Shown here piece after piece: positions 53,801-64,000 of a stretch of DNA of 64,000 nt (its first letter is position 1; the number at the start of each line of letters is the position of its first letter). Source of the stretch: Antedon mediterranea (Eukaryota; Animalia; Echinodermata). The position numbers were made by a program, and so were the translations under genes. The notes under the pieces were generated by a model. It was not told the origin of the DNA. It did not search any database and saw only the letters and a program-made list of their open reading frames with translations. The stretch is from positions 9,982,001 through 10,046,000 of the forward strand of contig NC_092671.1 in the NCBI RefSeq assembly GCF_964355755.1, in the 5' to 3' direction.

Positions 53801-56800
53801 ATATAAGTTAAGATCAAGGTAAAAACAATGTTACATGTGACGCTGTATTTAAGAATTTCCTATAATAGTATACAAAGACTACCCACACCGTGTAGGAGAA
53901 TCTGTAACTAATTGATCGTTAAATGACAGAAGATCGTTAGTTACTTCCTCGTTTGTGACGCACAATTATTACACGCGTATCGCACGCTTATTACACGCCT
54001 GTCCCACGATTATTAAACGCGCGTGTCGCACGATTATTACATACACGTGTCCCACGATTACCGTGTTACACGCGTGTCGCACGATTATTACACGCGTGTC
54101 AACAGTTTATTCTAGAATGTTAGCCATTGAATTTGACTTTTCATTTTGATAGGGTTATTGAAGCCAATATTTTTTATCAGATTATTTGTAACATTATTTG
54201 TAATTATCTGTAGTGTGTGTGGAAAGAAGAGGATTGCGCTGAAACCGACTTTGTACATACATTTACTCACCTTGGAAATTGCTATACATTTAATAAAGCC
54301 TCGGACGATACAGAGAGAAAAATATCTATGAATGCTGGTGCAAGTAAGTAGGCCTATACACCGACGACATCATCACCACCATTAACTATCGAGTCATTCT
54401 GCGCATGCTCATATGTTTCTGAGCTTGTTCAGAATGACCAGGTGGCGGGTCGTTATTATTGCCTGTTTGGCACAATCCTCATTTTCCTCTTCACCATCAT
54501 TAATCACACAATTTGTGACGTCATCAGATACAAATCCAGGAATCTCGCATGATAATCCTCTTTTTCTTAATCATCATCATTATTATTATTATTATCATCC
54601 CATAAACCCCTCCCCCGCATTCCAAAATTTGATTTTCATGAACAGCTAATTTCTTCTCTTCTTTGCCTCATAATTTAGACTTTCAAATGAATAGCCCCAA
54701 GAGGAAAATCACAAACCTTCTCAGAAATCCTTTTTTTGAATATCGTTTCACCGTCTATCAATATTAATGGGCTGTGGGTTCCCACAAATGATCATGTATC
54801 ATTTCTTTAATTGGACACGCAAAGAGGGAGCACTTTAAATTCTGTACAAATCGCTGAGATAGTTTTGATACTATTTTGTTTGTTATAAATGAGATATCAA
54901 CGAAGGGCGCAAGAATAAACAACCAACAGTAACATTAAAGACATCCTGACGATGTTTCAATTAAATATAAACAATTCGATCAAAGAAGTGCGCTTTGTGC
55001 TTTCGTTGTTATCAAAGGTAATTTATGTCGCTTTAAACAGATATGGCACGCTATCTTGCAGATACATTAATTGAGTTTAAATCTTTCCTTCAATTTAGTA
55101 GAGTTATGCTCTATATATATATTGTCGCCTTTACGATACTAATATGCCACAGAAATATACAAATGTAAAGAAAAGTAAAAATACGACATATTAAAAGATG
55201 CACATTTTGGTTATTGCGCATCAACTGGAGGCATAAATTCTACATTGGTTATATATAGTAATGTAACATTCATTTTTGCAATAAATGTTGAGTCAATCTG
55301 AAGTCAATACTAAAAACAAAGAATACTTTTAAGCGTAAATTACCTCTCGATATATATTAAATCATATATATTATAGTACGTTGTATTTTCGTTCATTTAT
55401 TTACTACATGAAAACATTTTTGTAATATATTTGTAAATCTATATTTTAAGTTAGGGTGCCACAGATTAAAAGCTTTGCTTGCTTGTGGTTACCCTGTTTT
55501 TCACACTTTATTGTACTTAATTTTTTATTTATATTTTTATGAATGTTGTGTGAAAAATAAAAGAATCAATCAATTGCAATTACAAAATCAATAGGCCTGT
55601 AAGCAGCTTTATAATTGCGTTAAAATGTTCTGTTCTTTATATTTGGAGTTACACTCGTATTATTTGAAATTATTGACTGGATCTTTTGGTACTGTACCTT
55701 ACATCAAGTTTTTAAATATTGAGATGAAGAACATGGTTAGGCATATACTTACACGCACCAATTACTATGTGACAATAGGAAAATCCCATGGAGATGGTAG
55801 CTAGCCGCTTTTTGAAACAATTATAATTATACTCATCATTTTTAATTTAGTAACTGATCATTAGCATGACTATAAATGTCATTTGTCCACGGTCTGGTGG
55901 TCTCTCTTTTCGCGAAACTTTCTGTGTTTTCACGGTCTACTGCGACAACGTATATTTAGCTTACTTTTGTTTATTATTTCTATGCCGAAGTCTCAGTCAA
56001 TCAGGAATAGACATGGCTACACTATTTATTAATAATGCGTTTACAATATGCATAGGATAGAATATGTCGAATAGGTTTTAAGATAAAAGATGCATGAGCA
56101 CACGCAACCATCGGAAATTAGCTTAATACAAAACGTCATATCGGTACTGGAATTAGGCCTAATGAAGGAACACCCACAACCCTCGCCCACCCTAGCTATT
56201 ACTAGTATAATGTTGTTATTTTGTACAGGTAATGGATTAAGATTGGTTTTTAACGTTGAAGTTGATGAATACACACCGACAAACGACCTCGGCAGTGAAG
56301 CAATGGATGCAGGGGTGAAGATAATGCTTCACTTGCCGTCTGAACCACCTTACGTAAAAGAACTCGGCTTTGTATCAGCTGTAGGACAGCACACGTATGT
56401 TGCTATGCGACACGCGCAGGTCAGTATCATCGTCGGCCAACCGATCGACCGACCAAAACAAAAAATATTTTAGACTGTTAATTCTGTTTTTAGTATGAAG
56501 TGGTAATTTTCTGAAGCAATATTTCTAAATAGCGTCTTGAAAAATGTATAAAAGAAGTTTTTCTTGCATTTTTTTAAAATTGAAAGATGCCTAAACATCC
56601 GTGATATCATATTGGGAATATTCTTATTCTGTATATCAATTATCATTTTACAGATAACAAGCTTACCACTGCCTTACACGGAGTGTCAGAAAGAAGACAC
56701 GTCAGGGTACTTCGAGCAATACTCCCTTCAAGGATGCCGCATTGAATGTGAGACAAAGGCAGTTGAAAAATACTGTGACTGCCGCCTTGTTGAGCAGCCA

Positions 56801-58965
56801 ACTGGGGATGGTTTCCCAGTGTGCAGCCCAAATCAAACACATGTATGTGCTGAAGAAATATTACGTAAGTTACCACTAAACAGGATTCTGAGCCTTTGCA
56901 CGATTCTAAGCTATAAAGAATTCAATACAATTCTCATCTTTGCTCATGTAGGACCAGTATGATATGAGAGATCAAAATATCCTAATTCGTAATCCGAAAT
57001 GATTAGGCTTATCATATAGGTCTATTCAAATAATGATGCTGAATTGAAGACAAACTATATATTGATGGTATACAGGACAGTAATTCTTATTGGGTTATAT
57101 GTCAACCAATTAAAGCTACCAACACCGTACAAACACATTTACGATTTTCAACAGCACTTATCAGCGATTATCTGACATTCCTTCCCGTCTAAGTTTATTC
57201 CATGTTTAAGTAGAACTAAAAGTAAAACCAACATACTCGAAAAAGATAGCAAAGCTGTCGCATAAAGAATATTAGAGACTCATCTTCATAAGTAAGCATA
57301 ACATTACAGTTAAGTGTTTGACAAACCATAAGGATAATAGGCCCTACCCGCCGAAAACACATATTAATTATACTCGGTAACCCGAACTCGCTAACCCGAA
57401 CTCGCTAACCCGAACTCGCTAACCCGAACTCGGTAACCCGAACTCGGTAACCCGATGGGAAACCTTGTCCCTGTTAATACGTATTGAAAAAAGCAAACTA
57501 AAAGGTTTTGACAAGTCATGAACTTTAAATTAACACGAAAGAACAGCATTTTTGTTTAATCGTTGTCGCATTTATCGTATCGATCAATCAATGATGTATT
57601 CTCTATTTGGAGACCTCAATCACTCTTCAAAGGAAAAAAAAAATAAATGAGTTGATAAATGATCTGATAGAATAATAGTAAGGCGGCAACTTCGTCATCA
57701 ATCAACACTTGGCCAGTGTGTGAATAAGCTCGTTTGTGTTGGCCTAAGTCTTATAGTTGTTGTTATCGATCGCAAATTACTATAACATGACCATAGTAAA
57801 AACTATTCTGAATTCCAAACATTGATAGCATATCGAAGTAAGCTGTACTGTTCAACATGGAATTTAAACACTGAAACAAACAGTGATTTCAGAGGTACCG
57901 GTACGTCTTTACGATAGGTTGTATCAGGGACAGGATGAGGTCTGATGTCGTCGTTTCAAACAAACATAAGATGATACTCAAATCAATAAAAAAAATTACA
58001 TGCGGATTTTCTCAAAAATGGAGATTGATTACGTAATATTTAATTCTTAAATTCTTATTAGATAATCAGAAGTAGTTAGCCTACCAAATTTCCAGCTCAC
58101 TCTTTGTTTAAAATTGATAAATTGACAATATTTTGTTATTGTTTATTTTAGTTAGTGTAACTGAAGGTACGTTGGTAGATGATGTTTGCGTGTGCCGTTC
58201 TCCGTGTGAAGTTGAAGACTATCCCTTCAGTACGACCAATGCAAAGCTACGACCAAACTTCATGGAGCGGCTCTTCCGCGGTACATCTAACAATTTTACC
58301 GCGGACTATATAATGTAAGACATTTTATTGTTTGTAAATTATTATTACAGTCATAGTATAATCTGTAAAGTAGACTATTCTTCACCATAAATTATTTTTT
58401 GTTTTTTTTAAGGGACAACGTTGCTGTTGTATCATTATTTTACGAGGCTCTGAATTTCGAAGTAGTTGAACAGCTTCCAGAAATGAGTTTGGTCGTTTTG
58501 TTGGGTGAGGTTTTGTGTTTTGCTTAATGTCGAAAGAGTTAAAAGGCACCTACTTTTTAGGGTGTATCAATTTTACTAAATTACGTCATTATTAAGTCTC
58601 AACTCATCTGTTTGTCATGTGAATGGAAATTATGCGCGTGCGTTTAGCGCCCAACGCGCGTCTAAACTGCTATGCGGTTACGCTTATCTAAAGTTGTATC
58701 ATAAAATCACGTTTTGATTTAATTTTCAGCAAATATTGGTGGTAATCTTGGCTTGTTTACGGGTGCAAGTGCTCTGACTGCTTTTCAAGTTTTTGAATAT
58801 TGCTTCGATGAGGGAGATTTCCAATACAGAAGATCGCAGAAAAACAAGAATAAAGTAGGAAATGCCGACGTAAGCAGATTAGCAGTTAGACCAGCAGAAG
58901 TTCCAATGCGAATGGGCGATGTCCGCAGCATTATGGACTACGATACGCATGATACGCTGAGATGA
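47871..58965 (+). CDS. ASIC: Acid-sensing ion channel-like DEG/ENaC subunit, ~503 aa, 8 coding exons
   Basis: Exons 47871-48192, 50823-50989, 54214-54343, 56229-56419, 56654-56864, 58152-58314, 58413-58504, 58730-58965 are phase-consistent (1512 nt). TDLHG motif, TM1, YHHVTKVD, FPAITVCNFN, GNCYTFN (exon 54214-54343, not called in this frame in the ORF track), Cys-rich thumb, TM2 NIGGNLGLFTGAS. Confidence 0.92.
49942..50090. mobile_element. MITE family A, reverse orientation
   Basis: Both TIRs; core in reverse complement. Confidence 0.85.
51020..51172. mobile_element. Old MITE-like repeat (related copy ~45060-45173)
   Basis: Shared GAGTTGACCAATCACAAGCGACAG; inverted AACGCAACGCAA/TTGCGTTGCGTT; internal 20-bp perfect palindrome at 51041-51060. 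Confidence 0.6.
51540..51667. mobile_element. MITE family A
   Basis: AAGCTATGTCTACACTATC...TAGTGTAGACAGAGCTT. Confidence 0.85.
53958..54100. repeat. Degenerate ~22-bp tandem repeat CACGCGTGTCGCACGATTATTA (~6 copies)
   Basis: Read directly; about 110 bp upstream of ASIC exon 3. Confidence 0.85.
57372..57455. repeat. Tandem repeat, 6 x 14 bp ACTCG(G/C)TAACCCGA
   Basis: Read directly; ASIC intron. Confidence 0.95.
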
Positions 58966-61900
58966 CAACCAATAATGACTTCTATCTAACTAATATTATG
59001 CTTACGCCTGGTGTTTCTTAATAGCGATCTGTTCACACGTTTGGGTTATATGTCGATATGTTTAGACAATTTCCGCACGGAAACGCGTGAGCATTGTTCT
59101 GAACACGGCGCCTAATGGAAACAAGCATTTAAGTATTGATATTACTTATGTTTCTTTAAAATACCCATGTTCTGAACAGTTCCGAATCATTCAAAAACAA
59201 AAAAACAGCCAAATGTATTTATGTAGCGTAACTTGCTAGCGTATACCTAGAGTTTCTATAGCAACTACGATTAAAGCAAGAACAACTTATACTACCAGTC
59301 ATTAGGCCCACTCCCGAACAGTTATGCTGGCGTAACAATGAACTCTTAACAATGACACATTTTATCAAAAAATATATTGCAAAATAGATATTATATACTC
59401 GTATTATATTTCTATAGCTTGATTTTCCTTAGTTTAAATTATTCCTATATAGGCGTAATCAATTTGTTGCGTGAATTGCCAAGCGTATCTAGACTTCCTA
59501 TAGTAACACGCATAGAGCAAAAACGACAAAAAATTTTTAACAAAATAAAATTTAGGAAGCCAAATGACGACTATAGAGTGTTTTGGATTTGTTACGATGA
59601 CCATATTTAAATGTCTGAATGTAACGAAAGATTTCAACATTTACTAATTAATGGATTTCCAAAATGTATATAAATAAGATTGCAGTGGAACACATTATCC
59701 AATATTAATTTAACTGTAATTGTAAGCACAACCGTTACAAAATTGACAATATTTTGTTTGATCTCGCAGCTAGATAGGTTGCAAAATTATAAAGTAGAAT
59801 CAATTATCAAAAGTGATATGAGAAATTAATTTGAATAGAAGTACAATACAGTTTATTACCAAGCGTTAGTACTCAGAATCCTGATTATGCATATTTCGCA
59901 AACAATCTGATGTTATACGAATATTATAGGCCTATAACCAGAAACGTTGCAGCGTTGATCTATGCGTTTATAGTTGTACGTCGTTATTACGTTAATTAAA
60001 ATAAAATATTGCAGATATTTGACGAGTTAGGACATTATGTTTTTATATTGATATAATATATCTCATTAAATGTACGCACAAAGGCACGAAAAAACACGCA
60101 ACTTTTTAAATGAAATGTGACGCCGCCATTCTTACAGTTATAGTAATATATTACCTCAATTATACTATTCACTTTAGGGTGCATTACATGTATGTATGTG
60201 TATATTTTTTCCAGAACGGTTAGGTGATTTGAAACCTAATTTTCTTTCATAGAGTAGAAACATCTTTGCTTTAAATTAGCCGAATTTATCCTAAATTATA
60301 AATACTTTCGTGAAGGCCTTTATATAATCAGTGAGTCGAACTTATTTTTCTATTCTATGATGCAATCGTTGTGCGCGCGCATGTGCTTCCCAAAGCAAAT
60401 TAGACGTCGAGCGTGTGCAAGGCACAGTTCTAAATGTAGGCTGCGCTTGTCACAAACAAGCCTAATTTGCTGAGTAGGTACTAAGGCTAATTTGACTTGA
60501 TAAAAGTGCATGCATTTTTTCTTCTTAGAATTAACAAATTGCTTCTACGTGTCCAAGTTATGTTACTTTTGCGGATTGTTGCGAATAAAAAAACATTTAA
60601 TTTAAATGTCTGATAAATATGTTGTATTGTTTTATTTCTATCATTTAGAATTCCCATGGATAAAATAAGTTATTCCTACTTATTTCTCCATGGAATTTGT
60701 CATTGACATAATATACAGTAAATTGCAGTGTGTGTATCTGTAAATGGCCGCGTCCTGTATCTTTGTCATTTCTATACATACAATTCAGAAGAAACTTTGT
60801 TGGCTTCTCCAATGTAAAGGTTTTAATAATATCGTACTGTATTCGTGTTTATACCAGTGTTTAATCTTTACCAATAATGTTTGTGTGATGTTGTACCAAT
60901 ACTGCAATATATAGGCCTATAAATAAAATATAAATCGCTCTTGTACCTTACTGAAAGTGTGAACAGCTCAGAAGTACAGCAAGTTGGCATACTCGTTCAT
61001 CAATAACATTTACAGTGTGTTTTGTTTGGCCGGCACTCTGTGCAATCGATTATGGTGTTGCTAAGAGGCGAGCGGCGGTGGAAACGGAAGTGCGTGAATA
61101 TATTTCCTCAACAACGGAAACGCGTAGAAAACGTGCAAAGCGTAATGCGCGTTTGCAAACATTGCTAACCACACGCGCTGTTACATGGTGACCGTTGCCT
61201 ATGAACTGTAAACAAATAAAAGCTCAAACAAATTCAGTTCAGCAACGAAATGACACAAGAGTCAGAAATGACACAGGAGTCAGAAACGTCGGTGAATTTT
61301 TGATTTTATTCACTACAATATTGCACAAATATATTACTAAAATGCATCAAATATAAAATAAACCTGACCATTTCAGGTAAGCCGTGCAAAAACGTATATA
61401 AAGTAACTCTTAATGCATTAAAGGCCGTTTGTGTTCGTTCGACAGAAGTAGGCTCAAGTCCATTAAAGTATTCAGACTGATGATACTGTAAAACTATCTT
61501 ATACATTACGTTTTTCCATACTAATATCTATGTCGCCTATTCTTAAATGTACTGTTAATGTACGTAAACCATTGTACCACAGTATTCTACATGGAATATA
61601 TATTTTTAGGACATGATTTAAAACTACAAATAATGGCAACTAAACACACAAAACATTAAAGCAGCCATAAAGGCCTAGTTATTTGTAGCTTCAATTCATT
61701 TTCAATTCCCTGAGACTGAGTACTTGAACTTGCCTCCACACTAAACATACTTATATAGACAAGTTGCATTGCTATATAAATGAGAAAGGTAAGTACCGTA
61801 GTACAGTAGAATCTCACATTTGGGACAAACCTATACAGGGACACCCCTATTAAGGTTTGTTGGGACCTGAAGGTGTCCCCATAATAGGAGGGAATTACTG

Positions 61901-61988
61901 AAATTATTAGTGGATAAGTTCAAATTCTTGCTTTCTATGTTCTCCCAATTTAATCAACCAATGTTTGAAATGTTTCTTTATCATATCT

Positions 61989-63909
61989 TCAGTACTCAAT
62001 TGGCTTTGTTGAAGCTGTGTTACTTCTTCCGACTGTCGTTGAAAACCTTGGCCTAGCTTTTAACTGAGCAGACTTACTTTTGTTCTCTTTTGCAGCAAGC
62101 AACGGTGATCTAAAAACACAATTTCAGTGCAAAAAATATATTTAAAGAAATTGTTTCAGTCTATGAATTCAATATGCTTTTAATTTTTCTATTCACATTT
62201 ATGGTCGAAACATGGATATACGATATTCCATAACTTGTCATTGTGTTAAACTTAAATATCAATAAGAAAAATCAATTAAAAATTGCTTTAAATTGAAAAC
62301 AGATACAAAAAGGTAATAATCGTAAAATATACAATAAAATGTCACCGCACACACAATAATTTTACACAGCAATTTATTATTATTAGTTTTAAGAATAAAA
62401 TTATTTTCATATACTCACTGCAATAACATGTCAATTGTATTTTGTATTGCTTGTGTTTTACGATGCTGACTTCCATACAAGTTTGATTTGATACCGTGGC
62501 ACTGAAATTTTATTTTAATCAATAAAAACCCTGAGTGAGCTCTTTTAACCTTTTCTTAAACAACGAATACAAAAAATTATAAACTTTTGAGGTATTTAAT
62601 CAATAGTTGATCTTAAAATCAATAGTAGTAAGTTGATGGCAAATAGTTTTTATTGAAAAGAAAGAGAAAATTATGCACAGAATATAAATAATTACCTTTT
62701 TAAAATATATTAATGCTTTATCAAGTTTTCCCTGAGCCATTAGAAGTGAAGCATATAACTTATAACTCTCACCAACTTCTTCACTAAGTTCACCATACAC
62801 TGTGTTCTTAGCCGATATAATGCATTTTAACAAATCTATGGCTTCCTATATAAAATGAATACAATTAGTGAGAAGAACATTGCATTTGTATAATGCTCTG
62901 GTCTACACAATCAAACTAGTGTGATGTGCTCAAATATGGTAGTGATATGTCCAAATATGGTAGTGATATCATCATGTCCATATATGGGCACACCCCATTT
63001 TGTTGTCACATAAAGTTTGAAAGTGTAGACAGATTTTTAGATTGGATTTCTGTTTTTTTATTATTGCTTCATAATCACTGTATAGTGCTGTCATATTGAA
63101 AGGTTTGTACAGTATTACTGCAGTATTGCTTTCCAGTTTATTATAGTCCTGCAGAATCTTAATTAACATTTGCAGGTAACAGAGCCTGTAGCCAGGAGGT
63201 TCTTTGCCCCAAAAGGAGACATACAATGTAAGAAGCACTAATGGATCAAAGCTATTTAACATGTTTTAGGCCTAATCTAGTATATTTGCCTGCTGGCTAG
63301 GTGGTAGGTAGGTTTGGCCAAATGGACATGAGCTAGACCTATTTACTAGCACTTTTGCTGGTCTCTATTTGGAAGGCCATGGAAAAGGAGGTTTCTTTCA
63401 TACCATAGGAAACCCCCTATCTAAGGGCTTGGTAACTCACCTCTGTGCGTTGTGTTCGTATGAGTAATTTGCAAAGCTCTTCTTGCACCTCAATTGACTT
63501 GGCATGATGTTCACCATGAACAACGCTATATGTACCAAGACTCTCCTCTAGGTAGCGTTCTGCAGCATCTATTAAAACAGAATACACTATCAAAGTTTGA
63601 CCAAAAAAAATGTGATGTGCCCAAATATGGTAGTGATACGGCCAAACATGGTAGTGAATGACATCCTCATGTCCATATGGGTACATCACATTTTTTTGTC
63701 ACATAAAGTTTGGTTTTGTAGACAAGGCTTTATACTCAGGAGTATAAATTGGTACCAGAAATTGTCAACTCTCTCACAACTGGTAACCAATCTTTACTAC
63801 TGTTCATGCAAAACCATGCTTACTTTCTGCCTCAGTTGTGCCGGATTTGGTATATGCCATCGCAAGCTGATAAGCTGTCTCTCCTGTCAACTCTTGTGGT
63901 CTTTTTGAA
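61989..63909 (-). CDS. TPR-repeat protein, TTC23/TTC23L-like, 3' part only (5' exons beyond window end)
   Basis: Phase-consistent exons 63909-63824, 63568-63441, 62845-62696, 62501-62419, 62109-61989 encode kinesin-light-chain-type TPRs (AERYLEESLGTYSVVHGEHHAKS, VYGELSEEVGESYKLYASLLMAQGKLDKALIYFKK, LYGSQHRKT). The specific family assignment is from memory. Confidence 0.7.
62894..63036. mobile_element. MITE family A, reverse orientation
   Basis: Degenerate TIRs and the ATATGGTAGTGATAT core. Confidence 0.75.
63582..63730. mobile_element. MITE family A, reverse orientation
   Basis: Same core; lies next to the splice acceptor at 63569-63570. Confidence 0.75.
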
Positions 63910-64000
63910 CTTTGAAAAGACAAGCACATTAATGTAGTGATTTACAAATGTAAACAATAGGTAAAACGTTGAGAGTATATTTAATTACAAAAATGTGTGA

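Overview
AT-rich, intron-containing animal genomic DNA, probably an invertebrate deuterostome such as an echinoderm. That assignment is inferred from a Deu-type SINE, an ASIC-type channel and TAGGCCTA-rich 5' regions. Eight protein-coding genes were reconstructed by hand from GT-AG junctions and reading-frame phase. (1) A PIDD-like LRR-ZU5-ZU5-UPA gene with two death domains (-, 889-5703). (2) RNF41/Nrdp1, head-to-head with it (+, 8095-9054). (3) A fold-type-III PLP/Zn D-serine-dehydratase-like gene (+, 12693-16375). (4) An intronless TRIM with three B-boxes and filamin repeats (+, 17899-19809). (5) FLACC1/ALS2CR12-like (-, 21583-30008). (6) Abl-interactor ABI (-, 32557-35700). (7) An ASIC-type DEG/ENaC channel (+, 47871-58965). 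(8) The 3' part of a TTC23-like TPR gene (-, 61989 to beyond the window). The window also holds about 11 copies of one MITE family, a hAT MITE, tRNA-derived SINEs, a 1.7-kb higher-order minisatellite and (CAT)n tracts. The most interesting items are the non-canonical PIDD-like receptor (HFS plus HFT autoproteolysis sites, two death domains, bipartite NLS), a perfect 43-bp-arm palindrome in its shared promoter, TAGGCCTA/CTAG islands just downstream of several gene starts, and an inverted-repeat element with att-site-like ends. No database searches were run; family calls rest on recalled motifs.
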